Assembly (NCBI GenBank): GCA_053919585.1
Contig: CM132805.1
Origin: Euprymna scolopes
Taxonomy: Eukaryota
Direction: 5' to 3' (one strand)
DNA length: 64,000 bases
Positions 38,101 to 51,774 of the stretch are shown one piece after another. Under the pieces are notes generated by a model, which did no database searches, was not told where the DNA came from, and was given only the letters and a program-made list of their open reading frames with translations. Numbering within the stretch: the stretch's first letter is position 1; every line of letters begins with the position of its first letter. The translations under genes and the position numbers were made by a program.

Positions 38101-39247
38101 ATGAAAGCATCAGTCGTTACAAAACGATGCAAGGATGGTTGAGTCTTACCAATTATTACTCACAGTTTTAATGCTAGCGATAAATGTTACAACCGAAAGA
38201 TGGCCAATGTATCAAGCGTTTCTGTAGGTCACTATACGTTAAAAATAATTCCCTAGTTTGACCAATGCATACTGAATATTTCCAAATGTTACCAAACGTT
38301 GATCCAACAAACATGGCATTTTCACTCAATTTTTTTATATAATTGTAATTAAAATCCGCGTTTTGTCCCTTTCCTGTTGTCACATAGTGCAAAGGAGCGC
38401 GTAGAAAAATATCAGCAGCAGCAAAAGATGGCTGGCTTGCACAGAGATTAGCAGCAGCAGTAACCGAAAAGAGCGGATATACAAATTATGAAATGTGCGC
38501 GAGAGCATTGTGCGTCAAAGAAAATGGGCGTGCAAAGTCAAGGACGAACGTGGGCCGGCTATGGCTGGCATGCGGTCGGAGGGACGTGCCAAGTAAAATG
38601 AACATGTAGCAGTGAGAGATTAAAAAAAAAATTGTGCCAAATGTAAAAAACGTAATAAAATGTAAAAGTAATAAAAACGTTTTGTAAAAAAAAAAAAAAA
38701 AAGAAAAATGCCAACCCGGATTTTATTTATTGATTTTCGGTTTTATTTCTTATAAATTACTAAAGTGAACGTTTATTTTTATGAATGACTAAAGTAAAGT
38801 TTTATTGTTAAGAGTTTCTAAAGTGAACGTTTATTTTTATGAATTACTAAAGTAAAAAAGTTTACTTTTCATGAATTTAAAAATGTTAGCGACATAAGGA
38901 GAAGGATAAGGCTCGAAGTAAGTTCCTCACGGAGTCAACCAAATGGTTTGTACGAAATGTGGCTTCCAACCGCGAAAGTAGCATCATTCTCAAATGGAAC
39001 GAAATTCTTTAAAAGTTTCATATTTATTGTTTTTTTTATGCGCATGAGTCAAACCCTGTGTTTAATAGGTTTGATGTGAAAGTGTACTTTTGGCTGAGAA
39101 GAGGTGGGGGCGTAGGGGGAAAGCAATTTGCGATTAAAATAAAAGCTTCTTCCCACTTCAAGAACACCACCGTGTATAAACGCCCCAGGCCAAAGAAAAC
39201 CGTAAAGAATTTCAAGATTAAAAGCAACTACTTTTGTTGCTGTTTTG

Positions 39248-39281
<34 letters not shown>

Positions 39282-39324
39282 CAACAGTAGTAGAGTAGTA
39301 TTTGTAGCGGTAATTATAAGAGCA

Positions 39325-41020
39325 TTAGTAGTAGTAATAATAGTAGTAATAATAGTCATAATAATATTAGTAATAATAGTCGTAATAATATTAGTAATAA
39401 TAGTCGTAATAATAGTCGTAATAATATTAATAATAATAGTCATAATAATATTAGTAATAATAGTCATAATAATATTAGTAATAATAGTCGTAATAATAGT
39501 CGTAATAATATTAATAATAATAGTCATAATAATATTAGTAATAATAGTCGTAATAATAGTCGTAATAATATTAGTAATAATATTAGTAATAATAGTCGTA
39601 ATAATATTAGTAATAATAGTCGTAAAAATAGTAGTAATAATATTAGTAATAATAGTCGTAATAATATTAGTAATAATAGTCGTAATAATATTAATAATAA
39701 TAGTTGTAATAATAGTCGTAATAATAGTAATAATAATAGTCATAACAATATTAGTAATAATAGTCGTAATAATATTAGTAATAATAGTCGTAATAATAGT
39801 CGTAATAATATTAGTAATAATAGTCGTAATAATATTAGTAATAATAGTCGTAATAATATTAGTAATAATAGTCGTAATAATAGTCGTAATAATATTAGTA
39901 ATAATAGTCGTAATAATAGTCGTAGTAATAGTCGTAATAATATTAGTAATAATAGTCGTAATAATATTAGTAATAATAGTCGTAATAATAGTCGTAATAA
40001 TATTAGTAATAATAGTCGTAATAATAGTCGTAATAATATTAGTAATAATAGTCGTAATAATATTAGTAATAATAGTCGTAATAATAGTCGTAATAATATT
40101 AGTAATAATAGTCGTAATAATAGTCGTAATAATATTAGTAATAATAGTCGTAATAATAGTCGTAGTAATAGTCGTAATAATAGTCGTAATAATAGTCGTA
40201 ATAATATTAGTAATAATAGTCGTAATAATATTAGTAATAATAGTCGTAATAATAGTCGCAATAATAGTAGTAATAATAGTCGTAATAATAGTCGCAATAA
40301 TAGTAGTAATAATAGTAGTAATAATAGTCGTAATAATAGTCGTAATAATAGTCATAATAATATTAGTAATAATAGTCGTAATAATATTAGTAATAATAGT
40401 CGTAATAATAGTCGTAATAATAGTCGCAATAATAGTCGTAATAATAGTTGTAATAATAGTCGTAATAATAGTCGTAATAATAGTCATAATAATATTAGTA
40501 ATAATAGTCGTAATAATATTAGTAATAATAGTCGTAATAATAGTCGCAATAATAGTAGTAATAATAGTAGTAATAATATTAGTAATAATAGTCGTAATAA
40601 TAGTCGCAATAATAGTCGTAATAATAGTTGTAATAATAGTCGTAATAATAGTCGTAATAATAGTCGTAATAATATTAGTAATAATAGTCGTAATAATATT
40701 AGTAATAATAGTCGTAATAATAGTCGCAATAATAGTAGTAATAATAGTCGTAATAATAGTCGTAATAATAGTCGCAATAATAGTCGTAATAATAGTTGTA
40801 ATAATAGTAGTAATAATAGTCGTAATAATAGTCGTAATAATATTAGTAATAATAGTAGTAATAATAGTAGTAATAATAGTCGTAATAATAGTCGTAATAA
40901 TAGTCGCAATAATAGTCGTAATAATAGTTGTAATAATAGTAGTAATAATAGTCGTAATAATAGTCATAATAATATTAGTAATAATGGTCGTAATAATAGT
41001 AGTAATAGTAATAATAATAA
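39325..41020. repeat. 12-bp minisatellite (ATAATAGTCGTA/ATAATATTAGTA variants), ~1.7 kb
   Basis: Direct inspection; produces the spurious Ile/Val and Ile/Thr ORFs. Confidence 0.97.
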
Positions 41021-41169
41021 TAGGCAGACGGAACAGAGTCATAATAATATTAGTAATAGCAAACATTTCTGTAAAAGTCTGAGGACGTTACAGACGGTAA
41101 AAAAAACGGCCGTGTAGCCGAAACAATAATGTAACTTAACAGAAAGATACGGTAATAAAAAATAAAACG

Positions 41170-41192
<23 letters not shown>

Positions 41193-41200
<8 letters not shown>

Positions 41201-43971
41201 TTTTTCTTTAACACAGTGGTCACCACTTATCAAGGCCCGGAAGCCACTCGGGAATAAGGGTTATTGCAAGTACATTACGTTAGTGTGGATATTTGATGAA
41301 GTGTTTACTTAAGGGGTGGTTCATTAAGAATTTGTTAACGTTGGATTTGAAGACATCCAAGTTGTAGTCAGGTGGGAAGCAGGCAGACGGAACAGAGTTC
41401 CACAGGCGTGCAATTCTAAGAAAGAAGCTTTGTTCATGGAATCCACGTTTTGATTTAGGCACAGATAAGGAGTGGGATAAATTTTTCACAGTGGATTCAG
41501 CTAGACGGGTGTTTTTCGTGAAAGATTTACGAGGGGGGACCAGAGATTGGAGTTCAGACGAGCATCCGCCATGGAAATAACGATAAAGCAAAGACAGTCT
41601 CGCAACATCTCTTCTGCGGGAGAGAGGTTGCAGGGAAGAGAAAAGGGAATCCCCCACCAATCCACGACGTCCATTTTGTACTCTGTCAAGGCAGGATAGG
41701 CTGTTTTTAGCAGCTCCTGCCCAGATATGGCAACAGTATTCCATCCTTGGACGTACTTGGCTTTTATATAGATAGAGAATTGCATCAGTAGTGAGATATC
41801 TTCTGGAGCGGTAGAAGGATCCCACCATCCTTCCAGCGACCTTGGCAACAGACTTGATGTACGTGTTCCACTTCAGATCAGGAGTAAAGGTCAAACCCAG
41901 AAGCTTGTCAAAACACGGGGTCTCTCCCAGACGAGAGCCATCCATCCCAATTGATGCCAGCTGGGGATCAGAGCGTTGATGATGTAAGGATAGGAGTTTA
42001 GTTTTAGATGCATTAAAGGTAACCGGCCACGTCTTCCCCCACTGAACCACGCGCTCGAGATCAGAGGAGAGAGAATCAGAGAGAACTTTGTCATTTACAG
42101 CCTTTGATGTGTTGCCGTAGATAGTCGTGTCATCAGCATAGATGTCAACGAATGATTTAAGTATGTGTTTAGGGAGGTCATTGATGTAGATCAGGAAGAG
42201 AGTTGGGCCCAGGATTGACCCATGAGGGACTCCAGCATTAATACTGCAGGCCTCTGACTTTTGCCCATCGACCACTACTCTTATGAGCCTATCGGAGAGA
42301 AATGATTTAATGATTGAGAATACATTTTCAGTTATACCGTAGCTGGAAATCTTGTGAAGTAGACCCTTATGCCATACCTTGTCGAAGGCCTTTGATATGT
42401 CAAGAGTAATTGCCCTAGAAAGGAAGCCTTTGTCAAGAGATTCACTAATCCTGTGAGATATAACCGTCAGCACATCTGCGGTAGATCTTGCAGAGCGGAA
42501 ACCATATTGTGTGTCACTAAGAAGGTTATTCCTGCTGAGGTGGTTGACTATTTCTCTGTTTAATATGGATTCCAGCAACTTACTCATAACACACAGGAGA
42601 CTTATTGGTCTGTACTGAGAGGGAGATGACTTATCACCTGAATTCTTAAATACAGGACAAACTGATGAGGTCTTCCAGGGAGTCGGAAAGCACTTCCCCT
42701 TAAGGCAGCGCTTAAACAGTTTCGTAAGTATGGGAGCGAGTTTTGGTTGAAGCTTTTTAACACTATAATTGGGATGCCGTCAGGGCCGGTTGCTTTACTG
42801 GAATCAAGGTTCTTGATTAGCTTGGCGACCTCATGCACGGATATTTGTATGTTACCTAGCGTGTTCTGTGTTATAGGAGGAAATATGGGGAGTTGATGGC
42901 CTTCGTCGCATAGGGTAGAATTAGCTGCAAAGTTCCTTGCAAATAGTTTTGCCTTGTCTGACGCTGACGAGATGACCTCTGGTCCATTGATAATGGTTGG
43001 GATAGAACGCACACTTCTGTTCAGGATCCTATTTGTTATTTGCCAAAACTGGTGGGAACCAAGCCGCTGATCAGCTACCTTGGATTTAACAGACTGGGCA
43101 TATAGCTCTCTTGCATTTTTTATTACTCTTTTACAGTGGTTGCTGGCAGTCCTGAAAGCAGCTTTAGTCTCAGTGCATCTATTACGTTGGTAGCTATGGA
43201 AAAAGTGATTACTGTGCGCGATGGCAGCAGCACATTCTGGGGAGAACCATGGCTGGCTGTTAGGTTTTTGTTGGAATTTTTTAGATGGTATGAATTGGTC
43301 TATGCCTACAATTAACCATTCGGTCAGATCTGATACTATAGAGGACACTTCCTTTTTAAACATGGAGTGCAGAGGTAAATCAGATATGAATGTACGGAAG
43401 CTATCCCAGTCAGCCATAGAGTATCGGTATACAGTACGGTGGAGGGGTACGTCTGTGGACTTATTACATTTCGTTTTTATCTTAACTGATACGACGGAGT
43501 GGTCGGAGGATCCTAGAGGAGAATGAACGGAACATGAACATAGCTCAGGGGAAGTTGAGAGAAAAAGTTCTAAGAGGCTTGCATATTGACCGAGTGTATC
43601 GGGCACACGGGTGGGTTCGCGAACAATCTGAGTGAGGTCATAAGCAATGGCAAAATCATGACAAAACCTCCCCTCATCGTCTGTCTTATTTGAATGGGTC
43701 AGCCATTCCACGTTATGGTCGTTGAAGTCACCACAGATGTGGATGTTAGCCGAGGGATGTGCAGACAGGATGTGGTCTATTTTCTCAGATATGCTCTTAA
43801 AGATTGTAACTTCGCTGTTGTGGGGCCGATAGAGGGCAAATATAAATGCAGTGGTGTTAGCAAGTGCAACCCGGAAGCACATATAGGGTAAATTAGGATC
43901 TTCTCTAGAGATATCTCTGCCACACGGGAAGCCATCTTTAATGTAGGCACATATTCCATGCCCATGGCGAT

Positions 43972-43973
<2 letters not shown>
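41193..43973 (-). mobile_element. CR1-like LINE family A, long copy 5'-truncated at (TA)n, one apparent frameshift
   Basis: ORFs 42602-43882 (APE plus linker) and 41280-42587 (RT, YADD); 1-bp loss near 42755 relative to the 4655 copy; T-tract at the 3' end. Confidence 0.96.
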
Positions 43974-44044
<71 letters not shown>

Positions 44045-44314
44045 ACAATTAAGTTTACAGTTTTAGTTGAATACAAGCTTCGAAACGATATAAACACCGT
44101 ACTTGCTTAATAGGAAAATGTTTGTTCGGGTAGTTGTTTAGTTTCCAGACAGAACGGCCACATATTTAATTGGTTGCTTTCACGACGAGAAGTTGATCGT
44201 AAATCAAGGACTGTGTATCTGCTATCGAACTTCCCTTAGTCCGATGTTGCCTATGTTCAAGCAAAACACCAAGGTAAGTAAGTATTCGTCCACTGATTTT
44301 CCTGAGAAAACCAT

Positions 44315-44585
44315 CATGCCAAACCCTGTCAAAAGCCTTAGATAGATCTAGCGCTACCGTTCTACCATCTCCTGATTTGTCTAGTGTATGTTATTTACGT
44401 TCAGAGATTACAGTTAGGATATCTGTTGTAAAACGGGCTTGCCTAAATCCATATTGTTGGTCGGTCCGAAGTTTAGCGGCTGTAAGTTTAGTTTAGAGCT
44501 TGGTAATTATGGACTCAAATATTTTGGCGAAAAGCGGGAGGATGCTAATGGGTCAGTTCTTTCGCCATAACTCTTGTAAACTGGT
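44315..44585 (-). mobile_element. CR1-like family B, internal RT fragment
   Basis: Similar to 15130-15440 (DQQYGFRQAR, LDLSKAFDRVWHDG). Confidence 0.8.
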
Positions 44586-46019
44586 TGTGTTGTGACGACA
44601 ACTTTATCGTTCCATAAATATATATACGTATATATATATCTGTGTTTTTCTCTTCCCCCTTTCTTTCTATTTGTCTGTACCTGTCTCTCTTTTTTTCTGT
44701 TTTTGTCTCTCTGTCATTGCCTAATGCCTAGCCCCCTTGGTATGTCCGTCTGCTTGCATTTTTTTTTCTCTCTCTGTGTCTTTCTTCATCTCTGCCTGTC
44801 TCTCCATTGAGTATCCTACCCCTATCCCTCCCCTTTCTCCCCTTCTCATCCTCTGCCTTTATCTACCTCTTTCTACATCTCTCCTTGAACTTTTCAAAAT
44901 TCAATTATAGTGTTACAAAGAAAAGCTTTTAAGGACTTTATTCACCTCCATTCCGTTTTCATCTTACTTTCGTTCGTTTTTACGCAATGACATTAAGACG
45001 TTCATGAGCGGAGGCAAACTTAAATAAAGGGGAGGGTAGGAGTCAGACGAGACGAAAATATGAAGTGGGGATGGTCGTAAGAACGAGACACTGATTGGAG
45101 ATCCGAAGGAAACGATGAATGTAATTTTATGACAAAAAAATAAAAGCAACAAAAAGCTGGAAAAATTACTTTTAGAGAATGCTAAAAAGAAAAAGGAACT
45201 CTTCCATAATCTTAAGAAAAGTAACTTCAACTTGACATCGCGATTTACAGGATGATAATTTCTTCTTCTTCTTCTTCTTCTTCTTCTTCTTCTTCTTCTT
45301 CTTCTTCTTTCATATATCTTGTTCTTAATGTTCTTGCTCAAATTTACTTACCCTCACTCCCACCAGGGCAAAGTTATACACAAGGTCAGTTTTTAAAACG
45401 GGGCACTCTAGACTGGAATAAAAATTAAAAATTTCCTCAGTTTAGAAATGCTTCTTCACTGACAGAAAACAGGAAAGATCCATTGCATTAAAACAAATAC
45501 TACACTTTGCCCCTCGCTAAAATTCCAAAAAGGCTTCTTATTCTTCCTGTTCGTTTTTTCTTGCACTTCTCACACTGCATCATGCTCACTGCCAACATCC
45601 GCACCTACATCACTTTGCGCATCATATCGTGGTGCATTTGTGAACCAAATTTCAACTCTGTAGCTTCTAAGCTGAGAAAATGATGAATGTATCTGAAACA
45701 CTTGTTTCGCACCACTGGATCTTATTTTGATTGTTTTAAAAGTTTTTACTTATATTTTTTAATGGATTGTTTTTTCATTTGATTATACGCGCCAACTACG
45801 GGAGGCACTAACTAGGTTGTTTGCTGTAAGGAGTTTTAATTCTTTGAAGTGACTTGCATACGCTACATCTTCTTATGGGACCACAGCTTGACCTCTATCG
45901 ATGGCTCCACTTACGAATGAGAATGAAAGTGCTCCTTACATATCAGATGAAAAAGTCAAAGTAACAAACAAAAAGCTTTAAACAGCTTGTTCACGAATTT
46001 TCTCTGTCTGTGTGGAGGC

Positions 46020-46612
46020 CATGTACGCCCGGGGATGGAGTGCTGCTGCCACATCTGGGCAGGAGCTGCTAAAAACAGCCTATCCTGCCTTGACGGAGTA
46101 CAAAATGGACTTCGTGGATTGGTGGGGGATGCCCTTTTCTCTTCCCTGCAGCCTCTCTCCCGCAGAATAGATGTTGCGAGACTGTCTTTGCTTTATCGTT
46201 ATTTCCATGGCGGATGCTCGTCTGAACTCCAATCTCTGGTCCCCCCTCGTAAATCTTTCACGAAAAACACCCGTCTAGCTGAATCCACTGTGAAAAATTT
46301 CCCTCACTCCTTATCTGTGCCTAAATCAAAACGTAGATTCCATGAATAAAGCTTCTTTCTTAGAAGTGCACGCCAGTGGAACACTCTTCCGTTTGCCTGT
46401 TTCCCACCTGACTACAACTTGGATGTATTCAAGTCCAACATAAACAAATTCCTGATGAACCGCCGCCTTAAGTAAGATACTTTATCAAATCTCCAATACT
46501 AACGATTACTACGATACTATCCCATTGATTACTGTACACGCAATAACCCTTATCCCCGAGTGGCTTCTGGGCCTTGACAAGTGGTGACCTCTATGTAAAA
46601 ACAAAAAAAAAA
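46020..46612 (+). mobile_element. CR1-like family A, 3' fragment (long 3'UTR variant)
   Basis: VRPGMECCCHIWAGAAKNSL...KRRFHE; 3' stem-loop and A-tail. Confidence 0.93.
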
Positions 46613-47320
46613 TTGGTATAGAACTTAGCAGAATACATTGTATGCTCTTCTTGGATTTTACCCTGATCATGGCGGACGTTCCCATCTACACAACTTTCAT
46701 AAAGGTGTGACTGCACATTCAAACACAAACCGTACATATCTCGTAATTTAAATAATAGGTGAAACCTAACAATTTCACTACGTTTGACAAATCCTAACCA
46801 ATGACTGCTTCCTAACCTAAAACATTTGAATGTCAAATCATAGAAACAAAATGTATTCGTTGCCAACAATAGTTTCCTTTCCAAATTCTTAAATAACGAT
46901 GATCATTCAGTTGTAATATCCATTAATAACTGAATTTGATCAACTTGAAACGGTCCAAGCTCTGGAATGAACAGATGATTGAGCATTAAGAGAAACATTA
47001 AAGCTGTCTGTCCTTGAAGATGGATGAGTAATAGGTTTACAATTCGTAATCGAACGGTAGGAACAATATCAAAAACTATACATTGAGATTTATATTAAAA
47101 GGTCAACATTAGAAATAATATTGAACATAGATATTATTTAGTGTATTATAGATATTATTGAGGAGTATGCATATGAGGGATACTATTGAAGGCTATATAT
47201 ACAAATAAGTGTAGTAATATGTACATTAAAATGGTATTGAAGGTTATACATAAGATATAATATTGGCGAGCGTATAAAATATTGATATGGGAAATAATAT
47301 TAAAGAATCTATATTAATAA

Positions 47321-48470
47321 TTAGCAAGACCGGTGTACCGGCGTTTCCCGGTGTAAAGATAGCACAACGCCAGAAATGATTCATTGAAAGAACTTTACCA
47401 CTTCAAAAACAAATTAAGCTAAAATTATCTAGCGCATTATCGTAGACTGACCTAATTTTATTTTTCTTTGTTTTATGAAGTAGTCGGTAAGAAAATACTT
47501 GAGGTCCCCACCAAAAAAAAAAAAAAAAAAATTAAAAAGCACGTTAATTAACGTTACAAATGTGTTTCACAATAATTGAAAGAGTAAAAAGATGTTCACG
47601 AAAAAGTATTTTAACCAATCCTGAAACAATAAAAAGAAATGCTAAAAAGCACGTTAGTTAACGCATGGCAAATGTTAATATGTGCATGATCTCCCCCCCA
47701 CCCAATAAAGAAAAGTAATGAATAAAGAATTTTTATGAAGACATATTTTAACCCTGAAACCATTGTTTCCGGTGTTTTTGCAATGAAGGATAAATCATTA
47801 TAGACTTAATTAATTTCGTTTTGTTTTTATGAAAGTATTGGTAATAACCTGAAATGGAACTCGCACAGCCGAGTTGGCAGCCTGTGTAAAGAAGGAAAAA
47901 ATATACAAAAAGAAATGTAGGTGATTAAACGTTTTAAAAGTGTGCATGAAGTCCGAGTAAAGAAAGTAAGAATAAAAAAATGTATCATAAGCATTCCTTA
48001 AGCCATTCGTGTCTTTAAAAGAAGGAGAAATTCTTTTGGACTGAGGTAATTTCTTTCTATTTTTCGGAAATAATCGATACGCTAAGAACTGAACCATTGA
48101 AAAAATAGATGTTAAAAAGCATATTGTTTCTTGTGTCTTTCATTGAAGAAGAAATCCTTCTAGACTGAAGTATTTGTGTTTGTGTTTCACGAAGTGATGG
48201 ACAAGTCAAGAAATGAACACGCAATAACAAAAAGAAATGTTAAAAAACATGCTACTCAATCACATTGTTTCTTGCGTCTTTTAATAAAGGAGAAATCCAT
48301 GAAGACAGAGGTATTTTTGTTTTGTTTTTAGCAAGTAGTCATTTAGTTAAGAAATGAAAAAATAATAATAAAATTTTAATGTCTAAAGAAAATGTGTATG
48401 ACGGGTAAAAAGTGTGCTGAACCCCATCTCACAAAAAGTCTTTCTCTAATGATGCCAGAGAAATATATCT
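47321..48470 (-). mobile_element. Putative non-autonomous Helitron with internal diverged ~120-140-bp repeats (5' boundary uncertain)
   Basis: Reverse-complement 3' end CCGG-gaaacg-CCGG ... CTAA|T at 47321; repeats at ~48001, 48121 and 48262 (gtcttt..aagGAGAAAT..agactgaggta). Confidence 0.5.
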
Positions 48471-49826
48471 ATCGATATAAACAAAAGAGCAAAGTCATTA
48501 AATCGCTGAACAAAATCTGTGTAGGCCATAAAATTGTTTGTTGTTGTTAATTATGAGGAATCGTTTTCAAGTTAATATATATTGAGAAATAGAGAAAGAG
48601 AGAGAGAGAGAGAGAGAAAAGGAACAAACTAAATTATGTGTTCATGAAGGTTTCGTCTTTATTGTAAGACTTCTTCGGGATGAAATATATGTTGTTTTGG
48701 TAAAATAGTTTTTTTCAATCATATTTCACTCTTTGTGTGCACCAATCGTTTTTAGTTAGAAGCTCAGTATAGTTTAAATGTAACACCAGAGCAGTTATAA
48801 AAAATACGTTCTTTAGAATAAAAAGGAATTGCAAATAAATACACTACCTGACTGAAGCTCTATATTAGAATCAGGGTTGCAGACCAACACACACATACAC
48901 ATATCTAATAATTCTAATACCATTTCTTTTTGTCTTTAACAACATGCTACGACGATACCCAAGAAAAACTGACCAAAATCAAATAGTGATTACGTAGAAC
49001 AAAACAGCGTCTTTATCATATTTCATGTCAAACATTGTTCTTTGGAACAGCTTTTAGTTTCAGTCGCTTTGGGCGAACACTAGAAAGCAATTATTTCATT
49101 AGCTGAAAAACGCTATAATTATAGTGTGTAGGAATTTATTTAGATTAACGTCAAATAACAGGATTCCGTCATTTTTAGATTTAAAAATATCCTCATATTT
49201 ATGATTGAATGTCTTTTATTAACAAAGCTTTGTCTTTTGAATGAAACGACAAGGGAGAGAACTCTTACCGTCATAATCATTGATTATTGTTGTTTGAAGA
49301 TTAAATTTTCAGTGTCTAGTAGAAGAAGAATGAGAGAGAAAGAAAAGTAAAAGTAGAAGACAAATTAGAAGAAAAAGAAGAAGAAGATGAAAAGAAGAAA
49401 AATATGAAAAAGAGACAGTAGAAGAAGAAAAAGAAGACGAAGAAGAACGAATTAGTAGAAGGAGTAGAAGAAGGAGTAGAAGAAAAAGTGGTAAACGAAA
49501 AAGAAGAAAAAGAAAAAGAAATAGAAGTAGAAGAAGAGAAAGAAGCAGAAGAAGAAGAAGAAGAAGAAGATCGTTTGCGAGATTATTACTATCATTAAAT
49601 ATTATCTCTTTAGGATGACATTTTATTCTTTTTATAATCTTTTCCCAAGCAATTATTGATTATTGACTGGAGAAGCCGAGTTGCTTTCACAAATGAAAAC
49701 TCATTTTCTAACGTTGTCTTTACTTCCTGAACTTTTACCAACGATTGTTGCTTATTCGTATGGTAAACAGCCGGCAGCCTTTTTGTACGGCTTGGCCTAC
49801 TTCGGAATGCATCAGTGAAAGAATAA

Positions 49827-49855
49827 CTAGCAGAAATCGTGGAAATTCCACGGTA
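49827..49855 (-). mobile_element. Helitron 3' terminus
   Basis: Perfect hairpin CGTGGAA-A-TTCCACG (49838-49852), 7 nt from CTAG|T on the minus strand. Confidence 0.6.
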
Positions 49856-50558
49856 GTTAGAAAATTTTAAAACACATTATAAATAAAAAAATAAAATAAA
49901 ACAAATAAGGGCGGATTTAAAACAATTTTTTAGCAAATTCCTTTTAAACCTTTTTAAGCTAAAAAGAATTAAATTAAAAAAATTTGGATTTTTTTCAATG
50001 AAAATTGAACATATAATACAGTGTTTTCTTTTGCTCTAAATAAGTTTTTTTCGAATAAATTATAAAGGAACAGATGTCAAGTCACTTTTGAAAAAATTAA
50101 CTATAATAAAAAAACACTTACAGTCTTCTCTCAATATGGATTTTTATTTAAAATTATAAAATAAAATAGCCAATTTGACACCGTAAACAGACAGCCATGT
50201 TTTTTTCTTTTTAAATCTTTTGAGAGAAAATTGTTTTATTGATAAAAAGCGAATATAAAAGAAGGGAATTCGTTTCTCATTAATTAATGTTTGCGATGAT
50301 GATGTTTTTTATGACACTGGACGTACGTAAAAATGATAATAAGAAGAAGAAGGAGAAAAAGAAGAAGGAAACGAAGAAAACTAAAAACTGTAACGAAGAA
50401 GTTGGATAATAATAATATAACGAAAAACTATACAAAAAGAAAACTAGAAAAATAAAAATAAAAGAAGGAAAGAGAAAACTAAGTATATGAAGAGTATGAT
50501 GATGAAGAAAATGAAAATAAATAATAATAATAACAACAACAACAACAACAACAACAAC

Positions 50559-50589
<31 letters not shown>

Positions 50590-51774
50590 CAAAAAAGAAA
50601 AACAAAGAAAATATAATAAATTAAAACAAAAGACAAAGAAAACAAGAGAAGAAAATGAATAAAAAAGACAAAGAAGGGATAAAAAATATAAAACGCTATA
50701 AAAATGAAAGAAAACAGACAAAAATTTGAAAAAAAGAAGGAAAAAGATAGAAAAAAGATGAAGAAAACGTATTAGAATAAAAAAGTAAAACAAAGAAAAT
50801 TTTTAAAAAAGAAAAAGAAGAAAAAAGCAAAAAGAAAAGAAAGAAGTAGAAGAAAAAAGATGGAAAGAAAGAAACGAAAATTCCGATGTAAATAAATTAT
50901 ATTTTCGCTTACCTAATATCTTGAAACAAAAAGAACCAGTACTTACCTACAAAAGAAAGAAAATTAGAATTAGATGTTAAGTAGATCGTTAACGCAAACG
51001 TATGAAAAAACTCAAGAAAAATAAACAAAAAAAAACAAAGAAAAAAAAAACAAAAAATTATTTAAAAACAACAAAGAATTATATAAAAAAATAAAAACAA
51101 AAAAAAAAACAACAAAACAAATAAACAACCAAAATAAAAGAAATATGATACATTCCTCAAAAGAGTTTCGTAAGATGTTTTCGAACAGCTTTCTCGGCAT
51201 TTTCGCAACGTTTCGACCGTTGAACACCGCATTTTGCCGCAAGTGAATTGTATGCTTTATTCAACTTTAAGTGGCCTTTTACTTAATCCCCTTATAAGAA
51301 TTGCTTTCATTGGACGTTCCCTGTCTTTGAGATAGTTAATGTTTAACAGTTAATGTTTTTTGTAAATTCCCCCGGTAGAGATTGAACTCATCACATCTGA
51401 ATATCCTTTAATGCCTGCATTTACGTTTTTATCATTTATTGTTTATACTACGCTGTCACCATGAAATAATGTGTTGCTGGTGAAACCAAGCAAGCATTAA
51501 TTAACATGGGTTCTATCAATTTCGGCTGAAATTCCGACAATTCTATTGTGATATCGTGCCCTCTGTATCTGAGAATGCTGTAAAATTTGACTATTGACAA
51601 CATAGAATGGATATTAGAAGATAAAGTCAGCCTGAATAACTACAACATTGATAATTTGAATCTTTTAATAATCAAGCCGATCTCTTCAAATTTGGGTATT
51701 TTTTAAACACGATGTCATAAAAAATTGATATTCTCCTGTTTATTGTAAATACAATATAAAATCACCAAACGTGT

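Noticed and set aside
39058-41082. 674-aa Ile/Val-rich ORF and 612-aa antisense Ile/Thr ORF
   Set aside because: Artefacts of a 12-bp minisatellite that lacks stops in those frames
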